This document shows, piece after piece, positions 24,565 to 36,275 of a stretch of DNA of 64,000 bases. Both the position numbers and the translations under genes were made by a program. Source of the DNA: Octopus bimaculoides (taxonomy: Eukaryota); contig NC_069005.1 in the NCBI RefSeq assembly GCF_001194135.2, forward strand, positions 12,374,482 through 12,438,481, written 5' to 3'. The notes under the pieces were generated by a model. It was not told the origin of the DNA. It did no database searches and saw only the letters and a program-made list of their open reading frames with translations. The stretch's first letter is position 1, and each line of letters opens with the position of its first letter.

Positions 24565-25050
24565 CAGGCGTGTCTGTGTGGTAGAAAGCTTGCTTCCCAA
24601 CCACATGGTTCTGGGTCCCGTCCCAATACATGGCACCATGAGGAGGTGATTTCTACTAACAGGCTCACGCTGACCAAACCTTTGTAAGTAGATTTGCTAG
24701 AGGGAAAGTGAAAGAAGACCGTCGTATATATTTGTGTGTGTGTGAGTGGATGAGTGTGTGTGTTTTTGTGAGTGTATGTGCGTGTGCGTGTGTATAAATC
24801 TATGTATGTGAGAGTGTGCGTCTTTCTGTCCGACTTTGTCCCACCACCACCACCACCACTACTTGACAACAGGTGCTAATGTGTTAACAACCCTGTAACC
24901 TTAGCGGTTCGGCTAGAAAGTCGATAGAATATTTGCCAGGCTGTAACAAGTATTACTGTATTCTATTCATTCTACTAGAAATTTAAGATGGAGCCCCAGC
25001 AAACCAGCAGTCAAATAAATGAAACAAGTAAGAGATAAAAGGTAAAAGAT
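24565..25050 (+). mobile_element. Full-length SINE family B
   Basis: tRNA-like head, ACCAAACCTTTGTAAGTAGATTTG, CCGTCGTATATA plus (GT)n, then CTTGACAAC..GAAACAAGTAAGAG tail. Confidence 0.9.
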
Positions 25051-25069
25051 ACATACATACATATATACA

Positions 25070-25286
25070 TTTGTTTTTACTTATTTACTTGTTTCAGCTA
25101 TTTGACTGCGGCCATGCTGGAGTAACGCCTTTAATCGAACAAATAGAGCCCAGGACTTATTCTTTGTAAGCCTAGTACTTATTCTATCGGTGATTTTTGC
25201 CGAACCGTTAAATTACGGGGACATAAACACACCAACATCAGTTCTCAAGCGATGATGGGGCGACAAACACAAACACACAAATATAT

Positions 25287-25351
<65 letters not shown>

Positions 25352-25936
25352 TGTTATATTCCGTCAGGATCGTAGCAGAATGCAGTATAAAGCTCGTTCA
25401 TCTTCACAATTACCTAGTACTGTCAGTATTATTATTATTATATATTTCGAAGTTTAAGTTTGCGCATTCGTCGTGTGTGAATGTAAAATTAAAGAAATTG
25501 GAGTCAAGATGGAGGAGTACGGTTGGACATTTATTTATTATTCGCTACAAATGTTTCGACGCAACATAGTTCTCCAATAATATAGGTATTTGATTATGCA
25601 TCTGTTTGTTTGCATAACGAGATCTAGTTATGTTTCCTCAGGTGATATACGTGTGCTGTTCCGTTAGTTTCAAATCGTCAACTTCAAGGCTGTCTTCTCT
25701 GTTCATCGTGGTTTGATTTTAGCAGCTGTTGATAGACCTATGGTGTTTATGGCGAGCGCACGTTTGTCGTATATATACGACGGACTTTTATCAGTTTCGA
25801 TATATCAAATCCAGCCACGATGCTTTGGTAGGTCCGAGACTGTAGTAGAAAACACTTACCCAAGGTGCCATGTAGTGGGAACGAAGCTGGAACTATCTGG
25901 TTGGGAAGCAAGCTCGTTACCACACAGCTACGCCTG
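25070..25936 (-). mobile_element. SINE family B with a PLE-like insertion (25348-25762) in its internal (TA)n
   Basis: Reverse head 25770-25936 and reverse 3' domain 25070-25270. Confidence 0.85.
25526..25641 (-). ncRNA. Hammerhead-like motif with long stem II (degenerate)
   Basis: Minus strand: CTGAGGA|AACATA..TTATGCA/TGCATAA..TATGTT-GCGTC|GAAAC-ATTT..AAAT-GTC. Stem I is not convincing. Confidence 0.45.
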
Positions 25937-27129
25937 TATTGTATATATTCGTTTAATAATGTTGATTTCTGTTCGGACGGATGAAACCGGCTGTCACTCT
26001 GTTAACAAAAACTTTTCCGCAATAACATTATTACAAACTCGTATATTTGAAAATCTTCCAAACAGAAGGTGAATCAAACATTACATCTTCAGTAGTTTGT
26101 AGTGTACACCTGTTACAGTTCTCTTCAGACCTATCATATCTAGTAAGGTTTAACGGCAGATTTGTTGTTGTTGTTGTTGTTGTTGTTGCTGGTCATGCTT
26201 GATCTTGTTTCAACTTCTTTTAATGTATCGGTATTTGCGGTGACGTTTACGTTGCTGTCTGGAGAGTTCATACTTAGAGTGGGAAAAAGCAACAGGCAAA
26301 AAATGAAGAAAAACTCAATAATACGCTGGACTAAAAATTATGATCTTGTCTAAGTACGATGCTGTCAAACTTTGGGGATTATACTTCGTATGAGTGACAT
26401 CTTAGATTGCGCAACATTTCTTTATTGCTAAGAGAATCTATATTTTTCACCATCTTAAAAAAACAAAAAAGATATGCTGACCACCTTTAGCACTTCATTT
26501 CTCGTGACACATGATGTAAATTAGTAAAAAGAAATGCAAGAAAAATCAAATTACTACAAATGACTATTGCAAAATGCTTAGTGGACATTTTTTGTTCCAG
26601 TAAAGGAGATATGATGATTTGCAGTACGGTACTTCCAGTCAAGAAAATAAGAGGAATACATACTTCTTAACCAATATCGATTGATCACATGAACTTCTAT
26701 ATTAAGAGGAAAAGATATAAAGATACTTAGTATATCTTTATTATGTTTTGCTTGATTTTTTTTCTTTTCTTTTTGTAAATGAAGTAAATTTGGTTTTCGC
26801 ATAGATCTAAGCTTTCTTGCATGTGAACAAACTCGAATGTCCAATGGCCTACATGAAATATCATCGAAATCATGTTTAAATTATAAAACACTGCCTTGAA
26901 AGAATAAAAATAAAGGAGGAACGATATTTTAAATAATGTACGATTATCTATACACACACTATACAATTAAAATACGATACCTGATAAATAAAGAAGGAAC
27001 AGTCACGGGTGGAGCGCAATTTTCATTGTAGCTCTGCTTCATCATGTCTGATTCTAAGAAGACAGATCTAAAGCAGCTGCAATGAAATCGATGTGCTCGA
27101 ACTTGATGTCTACCCATGTTCTCAGCCCA

Positions 27130-27240
27130 CTACTCCTAGGATGATCGTGGTGGGGTGGCGGGTAGAGTCTTCAAACGCCTACGCCATAATGTCCTATCAG
27201 TAGCAACCGTCATTACATTTTCTGGCTTGAACCTCGCCAC
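27130..27240 (-). mobile_element. Short RTE-like LINE 3' end
   Basis: Minus translation KPENVMTVATDRTLWRRRLKTLPATPPRSS*, matching the A.DR..WR terminal motif of RTE ORFs. Confidence 0.5.
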
Positions 27241-27865
27241 TCAAGCTTGTCCAAAAAAATGTTCATTCTTGAGACGTGACAGCAAAGAAGGGCGCACATT
27301 TACTCTCTACGTGCGATTATACTCGGGAGGTTTGTGAGGAACCCATTGACCCAGTTTTCTGACTTTTCTGATGGCACTCAGGTGTCGATGAATGGTGGAA
27401 TGACCAAATCCAATTTTCTCAGCATGTTCTTCAGCACTTACGATGGGATTTTGTTCCACTGGGGTTTTTCGAGCCTTCCTCGTTGATCTTCCAGGGTGAG
27501 ACTAGTCTGCTAGGCTGTAGTTTCCGGCTTGGAATTTCAGAAACCACCGTTGACACTGGCTTACGCTTATTGTCCGATCCCTATATACTGCATTAATATT
27601 ACTCGCATTTCCGTTGTGTTGTTGCCTTTATTGAACTCACGAAGCAAACTATTCCGATTATGCTCGTTTTTCACTTCCATTATAGTTTTAAAATATAACT
27701 GTTAACGTCGAACTGCACTCTTGAAAACTTACACGAAGAATAAGTAGAAGATAAAATTGCTATTTGCTTTCATAGCAAGTCGATGCAGGTAGTTTATCCC
27801 GTCCCCTCACCCCGATTTTTAGTTCATGCAATTGAAAAAACTGCATTATTTATGGGATGATACAA
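27240..27865 (-). mobile_element. 3'-truncated mariner, same family as 13574-14491
   Basis: TIR TTGTATCATCCCATAAATAA with TA at 27866-67; MEVKNEH.., CQRWFLKFQAGNYSL and KLGQWVPH relics. Confidence 0.9.
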
Positions 27866-28909
27866 TATATATTGCCCTTGAGTTAGAGTAATTTTTGTGA
27901 AGCATTTTGTGGTACAAATTTAAAGAGATTTCTTCTGTATGTTTCGGGGTTTTGACCACTTTTCCAGGAGTTTACTTTGTACCTTCGCGCATTGTTCCGG
28001 CCTTACACATCAAATCACTTTAAAATATATTGCCTATGTCTCATTTAATTTTGGAAAGAAGAAATTCAGCAAAATAAATTGCTACTATAAAACTGATATT
28101 TGGAGCACTACTTGACATGGAAGTTTGATAGAAGTTTTTAATTCGTGTTAGTTTAAAACAGAAAGTATGTGCTACAGAACTTGCTGAGGTCACAGGATTG
28201 GTATCAAAAAGGTCAAGTAAATTGGGCAACGAACTTTTTCCATGTGTTCTGAAGATTCTATCAATCTAGCATTTTTGAGATATCTAAAGACAATAATAAT
28301 ATAAGTTTTCTGTATGCATTGTATATTACATAAAATAACTTCTATTGCTATTCAATTTTCAATATGTTCAATAAATATTTAATGTTGATTTTTGTAGTAT
28401 CATGGACACTGTTCGTTATCTCAATGTCAGATAGTACAGAGGGAGAAAAAATAATCGTTTCACCTTAGCGTTCAGCTTTAGTGATAAGTAATATTATTAT
28501 TAGTTTTTTTTCTAGCAACGACATGAACTTCCATAGAAATCTAATATGTAAAGCAATATATTTATGTAAAAAATATTCTGAACTTTTTTTTCTTTTTTAG
28601 AAGAAAAATGAGATCTATCTGTGGACAAAATAAGAAAAAATTAAGACATCAAGTGCTTGGCAAATGGCGAACGGAACGTGACAAATTAAAGGAAGTACAT
28701 GCTAATTACACAGTAGATGTTCTACTATCTTCAGGGAAAAACAATTTTTAAACATGCTACCTATCTAATGTAAGTTAGATGTGCCATAAAAAAACTATAG
28801 GTTAAGAAAATATAACTTGGATACACAGCATTTTCAGAAAAGTGTTTCGTCTCCTGAAAGAAAATGAAAATAAAGAAAAATTAATAATCATATAGCAATA
28901 TTGATTTCA

Positions 28910-29570
28910 AAAAGCAGCGATCTGGCAGAGACAGTAGCACGCCGGGCGAAATGCTTAGCGGTATTTCGTCTGTCTTTACGTTCTGAGTTCAAATTCTGCC
29001 GAGGTCGACTTTCCTTTCCATCCTCTCGGGGTNNNNNNNNNNTCTATTGGCCTCCTTCCCTCAAAATTTCGGGCCTTGTGCCTAGAGCAGAAAAGAATAT
29101 TACCACAATCTAGCTGAACAGAATATTGCTTTCAAATTTTGGCACAAATCCAGCAAGTTCACGAGTGAGGGTAAGTTCACTTCCTCGACCCCAGTGCCCA
29201 GGTGTTATTTATTTTCTCGACCCCGAAATGAGGAGAAGCAAAGTCGACCTCGGCGGATTTTGAACTGAGTGAGTATGGAGAGAGCAAATGCTGCTAAGCA
29301 TTTTGCTGAACGTGCCAATAATTCTGTCAGTTTTTCGCCTCATAGCTTATTAGAATATCTGCTTTCAAATTTAGGCACAACAACAGCAAATCCCAGGGTC
29401 GGGTTAATTCAATTACAGACACCGATGTATGCAATTGGTAGTTATTTCATCAACCCCGAAAGGATGTAATTCACAGTCGACCTAGGCGGAATTTGAACCC
29501 AGGACGTATAGACTGACAAAATGCCGCTGAGAATTGTGCCCGTGGCAATAGCGATTATGCCATTTCGCTG
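28910..29570. mobile_element. SINE family A cluster: + (28910-29100), - (29115-29340), - (29360-29570)
   Basis: Family-A motifs in the stated orientations. Confidence 0.85.
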
Positions 29571-30049
29571 ATTAGAATATTCGTAGAAATAAAATAGATC
29601 AAAACTGCATTTTGTGTAAGCACGAAGTGTATTGCATACTCAAGCACTGCAGTAGATTATTCAATGATGGGATGATCACGGATTATAATTGGTGTATTAT
29701 CGATATCATGTATAACATTTCTAATACACTAAAAGATGCATCGAGTGATTCCATCCATCTGAATTCCATCCATCTGAATTCCATGCAGATGTCTAAGAGT
29801 TGAAGTTTCAAACATGACAATGTCATAATTTTCAAATTGAATTCTATCAAGTAGATACAGTGTAGAGTTTGTAAAGAGAGCGCTAAATTCGATTTCTTAC
29901 CTTGGTGTCTCGCAAAAATGCATATAGCAATCAGTCACAGTATTGTAAATACATACACACACACTCACACAGACACATACACACATAGACGCACGCGCGC
30001 ACACACACACATATACACACACGCGTACATACATATAAAAGTAGAGCAG

Positions 30050-31225
30050 AAGCGAGAAGTGAAGTGAGAGATTTAGATGTTTATTCAGTAAGGATCAGAC
30101 GAGAAACTTGCCTTTTCATCAAAAGCATTATCACAGCAACGCCAACATCAGCAGAGGCAAACTACAGTAGAAGCAACACCACCTCCACCCAAAACAACAA
30201 CATCAAAACAAAGCCTAGAAGATACAACAACAACGAAAACCAAACCAGAAACAATAGCAATATCAACAACACCACCATTACCAATGGAAAAAATACCAAA
30301 CGCAGGAACAGCAACAGGACTGGCTCCGGAAAAAAACAGCAGAAACAACAACAACAGCAGCAAAAGAAAAAGCAACAGTGAAAAAAAAAACTCAAAAGGA
30401 AGCCCTAAAAGAAACACCAACCCAACAGAGTTGATCCTTCCCGAGTCTGACTCGGACATGTGGAAATAAAATGGACAAAGAAGAGTGGAAAGAATTTCCA
30501 CAAAGAAAAGAAACGAAAAACGGACTCAAAAACAGCGCCTCCCCACAAAACAGAGGCAGTCACACAACTATTAACCGCAACCTCATTACCAACACCACAA
30601 ATACCACTGTCACCACCGCACATAAAACAGAAACCACCACCAAAAAGCAGAATGAACCTCACTGCAATAAACACAAAAATATATAACTAAGGAAATACAT
30701 ACAAGAACACATCGACATCAACGAATTTTATTTGTGCACCACCCAAAGCACCACCACACATACAGATCCTCAGCATTTCAAATAACACGTTCATTGACAT
30801 AAAAGAAAATTATCCCAATGCGGTGGGCAAATTTCAGAAAACTATAAGTAAAATCCTTTATAAAAACCAGATCATTGAAACACCCAGAGCGAGCCAGGGG
30901 AGTGAGGAAACTACTCAGCCAAAATAGTAAGTAGTTTTCTGGGGGAGGGGGGGATAAGCGTTGCAACAATAGCTGCAATGAATGGTTCTGTCTTGAGCAA
31001 AAATTCTTAATCAAAGACATAGGCTTTCGCCCTAGCGTTCAGGTTATTTCGTGGGGTGTGGGGCTTTCACAACCAACCCAGGAAACATCCCCCTTTTGGG
31101 GAATTACTGTTGTTTATATTTTACTATTGCTACTTCTTTGTACACGCTTTCATGTATGACCCCACACGTATGTCTAGTATTGTCCCTTTTTTCGGAGCCC
31201 TAGTGGCCAATAAAGAAAAGAATTT
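30050..31225 (+). mobile_element. L1/Tx1-like element relic: T/P/K-rich ORF1-like tail, last codons of ORF2 and 3' UTR
   Basis: Low-complexity coding-like tract 30060-30800; ISVATIAAMNGSVLSKNS* (30954 onward) resembles YVSVAKMVKVN at about 37365; ends ..GCCCTAGTGGCCAATAAAGAAAAG. Confidence 0.55.
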
Positions 31226-31229
31226 CTTG

Positions 31230-31430
31230 CCGAACGACCACACAGATGATCTTGTTTATAGTGATCAAGTGTTTGTGTCGACATAATCTCACTCACTCCA
31301 TGAAATCGACATTATCTGTACAGGTGTACAGGTGCATCGTGTGCTACATGTACAGGTGCACCATGTGCTACATGTCAGAGGACAAAATAATCGCAGAGCA
31401 ACGTGAAAGCAAGTGTCTTGCTCAATAACC
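31230..31430 (-). mobile_element. Degenerate CORE-like SINE fragment with an internal 24-bp tandem duplication
   Basis: GCAACGTGAAAGCAAGTGTCTTGCTCAA; GTACAGGTGCA(TC/CC)(G/A)TGTGCTACAT occurs twice. Confidence 0.55.
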
Positions 31431-32439
31431 TGTATTAGAATGAATTATTCTTCTTGTTGATATTGTTACATATTATTCATTTTGTTACCATCAGTGTGAT
31501 TTGTCATGGCTTGTCGAACTGGTCAATTCCTAGTCTCTTTACATTTTAATTTCCAAAGCATTTATCTGAGTGTTTGTGGAGTGTATGCGAGATATATACT
31601 ACACAAGTGGTCTTGTTTGAACGTAGCAATTTACCGTTGGCTCTCTGATGCAAACACACACGCGCGCGCACATACTCACACACACACACATGGATATGTA
31701 CAAGCATGCATAACTTACAAACTAATAGAAACACGCCCTCAATCCTACACTATAAATAAATAGAAAGACAGATAGACTGGCAGGCATAATTTCATACATA
31801 TTGTGGCATAACTAAATCCTCGTCATCGTCAATGTGCTTGGTCACCCATGTTGTTAGAACATTTGTAAACTAAGGAATAAATTTTACAGCATAAATTCCT
31901 CTCATCAAAGATATATATATATACACACATACGCACACATAGACGTTCATATATGTGTATACAGACTTTTGTATAACAAATTTAATTCACATATCATTGG
32001 TTAACTTCCGGCAATGCTACAATATATCTTACCGAATGCCTTGCTAAGTAAATGAAAAGAATATCTTGTAATGAAGAATAACTTTGATATAATTCTATAG
32101 CTTCAAGTAGAATATTTCTCCAGTGTAATAGGCCGTGTTATAATAACATCATTTGTACTAACTCTTCAGAGAAGAAGAGGTTCGATATTTCAGGGCAATG
32201 ATCTTAATAGAGTATAGCAAGCTGTTTCTTGTGCCACACCTGCGGATAATACGAATGAAGTGATTGAGATGATTTCATAGATAATACGGAAATGAATTCA
32301 CCACTATCGAAATTTACCTGAAAGCACAAACATTTGAAGTCTAAATGTAGATATCAGCAGTAGTAAACATTAAAACAGAATTTACGAATTATATTAGTTT
32401 CTGATTTAAGCAATAGACCAGCAAATGACTAAATGCCAT

Positions 32440-33290
32440 CGACCTCAGTGTGACTGGTACTTGATGTTATCGACTTCGAAAGGATGAAAAGTGAAGTTAG
32501 CCTCAGTGGGATTTGAACTCAGAATACAAAGAGTCAGAAGAACGTTAAGAGTGAGAAGAAATATTATTGTCAGGCCAAGAATTTGGGGAAAGGACATAAA
32601 TCGATTACATCGACCCCAGCACTGAACTGGCACTTAATTTATCGACCCTGAAGAGATGAAAGACAAAGTCGACCTCTACAGAATCTGAACTCAGTACGTA
32701 AAGACGCACGAAATGACACTAACCATTTTGCCCGGTTTGCTAGCCATTCTGCCAGCTCAGAACCTTAATGAGAAATATAGAAAAGCATTTTTCCGACGCG
32801 TGAAATGCTTAGCGGGAAATGAAAGCAAGCCGTGTGAAATGCTTGGCGCTATTACGACTGTATTTATGCTCTGACTTCAAATTCCCCTGAGGTAGACTTT
32901 GTCTTTCATCCTTTAGGAGTCGATGAAATAAGTACCAGTTGCGCAATGGGATCGATATAATCGACATATCTCCCCACCCAAAATGTCAGGCTTTGTGCTT
33001 ATAGTAGAAAGCATTATTTAAACTAGTGTAGACCTACCAGTATTTCATTTAATTAAGGAAATTTAATGCTTGCTTAATTTAAAGCAGATTGCTGGCAGAA
33101 TAAGTTGCACGGTGGGCAAAATAATTCTTCGCGACACTTCGTCCGTCTTTATGCTCTGAGTTCAAATTCCACCGAAGCCGACTGTGTCTTTCATCAATTC
33201 GGGGTCGATAAAATAAGTACCAGTCAAACACTGAGGTTGATGTAATAAACATAACCTCCACCTCCACCCAAAATTTGAACCCAATATTTG
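32440..33290. mobile_element. SINE family A cluster: two - copies followed by two + copies
   Basis: About 32440-32560 (-), 32570-32760 (-), 32830-33020 (+) and 33085-33290 (+). Confidence 0.85.
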
Positions 33291-34559
33291 TTTAATTTAG
33301 AGTGTGACCATCTTGGTTCGGAAAAATCAGTGATAACGAAATGTCTTTGGAATCAGAGTTTCCCGGAAATCAATGTTAAACCTGTCTCAAGTAAACTGCG
33401 TTTCGACACACACACTGCTCATCATACGATTACACCACTACTTAGCAGTTTGTGAAAGTATAATTTTAATCTGCGCGGGAACAAATATAACTGGCAAAAC
33501 AAATACAGTTTAAGCTTAGCCGTCAGACAGAATATCAATGTACCTTAGTATTCATTCTGAACTGTCCTGGGTCTACACAATAATATGAAGACAAGACAAC
33601 TAATGGAGACTACGTGGTCGATCGTTCTTGCGACTAAAGCTACGAGCCTAACTGTCATAATGTTATTTTAATCTATCGTTTGGAAAGTAGGAATTTAGTT
33701 CTAGATTTCACTAAAATGATGCCTGGGTTAACTTCTCTCAGATTTCTGTATAATCATGGTTGACCTAGAGGGAAATAACAACATCGGAAAGTAGTACCTG
33801 TTTTGACGGCAATTGGAGATTAACAATAGACGAGTAATATAAAGCAGAATTAGAAATAAATATTAACGCATTTCTTTTCGTGAAGCTAGATTAAAATCAG
33901 ATAATATGCACGTTTTGTATTTGTATGTGTGTATATATGAGTATGAGTGTGTGTTGCAAAACATATCGTAGAAACAACAGTTTTAAAAGAAAATATAAGG
34001 TATAATACGGCAAGTACAGGGAGTTAATATTATTAATGGGAATGCAAGGAAATGAGTCTAGCTGCAATAGGAATTGGCGGTGGAGGGGAAACAATTTGAT
34101 ATGAAATTGAATTTATTGCCAAGGTATTTATCAATATAAGAGAAAAGAAACCGAAAAAAAGTTTTTTTAAATAAATACAAAAAGACAATTACAAACAAAA
34201 TGAATGGCTGAAAACAACATACAATACAAAACAAAATTTACACAAACGATAAAAGGAAAACACGAGAAAAGAGAACAAACACGAAATAATTCCATATTAG
34301 TGTGAAAGGAAGAAAAGAAGGAAAAATAGGTTATTTATTTGCATGGTTTTCCAACGCTTTCTTTAGGGTATCTGTTAGATTACAAACATTACAAGAATTA
34401 ATCTGTTTTAATTTAAATTGAAACCATGATGGCGATTATTATCATTATTATTATTATCGTTGTTGCTCCTGTCGTCACCGGCGTCATCGTCTTCGTCGCT
34501 GCTGTTGTTGTTGTTGCTTTTATTGGCGTCATCGTTGTTCTTGTTATAATAACTATTAA

Positions 34560-35550
34560 ATGATACATTAGATGTTGTCTTGTGTTTTGATGACAGCAAG
34601 TCTCCTCGAATCTCAAAACTCTTTCTTAGGCTTATTGCAGAATATAAGATATCGTTTCTCTGCAGGTCAACAATGCATGTCCTTCTTCGAATTAGGTAAC
34701 AGTTCGGATGATGTGTCATCTTCACCAACAACCTCAGGAATAGTTGTCATCTACGCCGATGGACTTCAGAAGGTATATCAAAAAATATTATATAAGGATG
34801 TACAATAAAGAATGTGAGAGAACATATATCTATCCTTCAACACAGAATTCATGTAATTAGCTCCTCGTTTGCTTTAATATCAGTTGGACATGATTTCGGT
34901 CAGAATAAGTATTATAAATGTAAGTGGCCTTGGCTTACCTTTGAAAAAGTGCCATCTGCTCAACGACTACAGGTCACTATACATAGATACGTGGACATCA
35001 ACAAGACTAGAAATCCCTTTCCTCGATCCCTCGCAGCCGTATTTGGTGGATACGATATTTATTTATTTCTAAGCCCACCGGGATTGAAAGGTGAAGAAAC
35101 TGTACTGTTTCGGAAGGCTGAATCTTACAATACGAACCATCTTCTTTGACCCAGAGCGTAAGTTTGTAGTACTTTCGACGTGAACAATAAAGTCCATACT
35201 TCAGACTCTTAGTTATGTACCACCCAAGATAGGTTTCCATAGACATTTGAGTATTTCCTTAGAACATCCCACTCTTTATAGCTAGTGGAAATTTGGAATG
35301 GTATCTAGGATGCAAGCTTGGATTGTGTGGGTCTCAAAACGGTTTCAAACAACTCACCAACCTGCTCAGTACTTTCGAAATGTCTGACGAGTACTTACAA
35401 GATATTTCGTACGTTACAATGGACTACAGTAGTCCACAATGGCCTACAATTCGAAATTCTCGACTACACAGGCCACAAGTTTGTGATCTGCGTGATCAAT
35501 CTAATTAGGCTCCGTAAACAAGGACCCAGTTATTGCAGGAAGAAAGCATT
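34560..35550 (+). mobile_element. L1/Tx1 LINE relic: putative ORF1 end and AP-endonuclease domain of ORF2
   Basis: MISVRISIINVSGLGLPLKKCHLLNDYRSL, LAAVFGGYDI..PG..VLFRK, FDPERKFVVL, EYFLRTSHSL*LVEIWNGI*DASLDCVG, QFEILDYTGHKFV and QGPSY are collinear with Tx1 endonuclease motifs (NV.GL, GDWN, TDHK, GPGYWK). Confidence 0.85.
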
Positions 35551-35737
35551 GATCTCGACGCACTTTGATTACAAAAAATGGGCTATCTAATGAGTTAGCA
35601 GTGCGTTGACGTGTCAATGCTACAAATAATTTTGTACTCTTAAAAGTTCGATTAAAGTAGAATCAATAAGGTATAGTAAGAACTTAGCGACAGAAAAAAA
35701 TAGGCTAGGTATCTAGAATAGGCGCTTTGGAAAGGTA

Positions 35738-35925
35738 GTTAATTCTTTATTGCCCACAGGGGGCTAAATATATATGGGACAAACAAGAACAGACAAGAGG
35801 ATTAAGTCGATTACATCGACCCCAGTGATTAACTGATACTTATTTAATCGACCCCAAAAGGATGAAAGGCAAAGTCGACATCGGCGGAATTTGAACTCAT
35901 AACTTAACGGCAGACAAATATCGCA
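35738..35925 (-). mobile_element. SINE family A, alternative-tail subfamily
   Basis: Reverse complement of the TTTGTCCC..TTTAGCCCCC..GTGGGCAATAAAG tail plus the core. Confidence 0.85.
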
Positions 35926-36044
35926 AAGACACAGCAGTAAATTTCGACAGTAAAAGAACATGGAAAATTTCAACAGTAAATACATAGAAAATTAACTGGT
36001 TGTGTAAACCAGGAAAAGAAGTATTTAGATATAACGGCTGATCA

Positions 36045-36275
36045 ATCACTACTACTACTACTACTACTACTATCAATAGTACTACAAGTAGTAGCAATAG
36101 TAGTAAATGGAACAGTAACAGTAATAATCGTAGCATTAGTAGTAGTCGTAGTAGTGGTGGGGGTACTTGTGGTGATAGCGGTAGTAGTAGTAGTAGTAGT
36201 AGTAGTAGCAGCAGCAGTAGCAGTGGCAGTAGTAGTAGTAGTAGCAGTAGTAGTAGCAGTAGTGGTTGCTGCTGC
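36045..36275. repeat. Imperfect (CTA)n/(AGT/AGC)n trinucleotide tract, followed by a SINE A fragment (36285-36425)
   Basis: Direct. Confidence 0.9.

Noticed and set aside
31015-31050. CTGAAC-GC/GC-GAAA motif on the - strand resembling a minimal hammerhead
   Set aside because: The core is one nucleotide short and stem III does not pair. It is better explained as a GAAA-loop hairpin in a LINE 3' UTR.
34666-34770. Apparent + exon GQQCMSFFELG.. with good splice signals
   Set aside because: It lies immediately upstream of the Tx1 endonuclease relic and is more likely LINE ORF1 sequence.
34925-34965. ADGTFSK motif on the - strand suggesting a MULE transposase
   Set aside because: The + strand gives a much longer collinear match to the L1/Tx1 endonuclease; chance.
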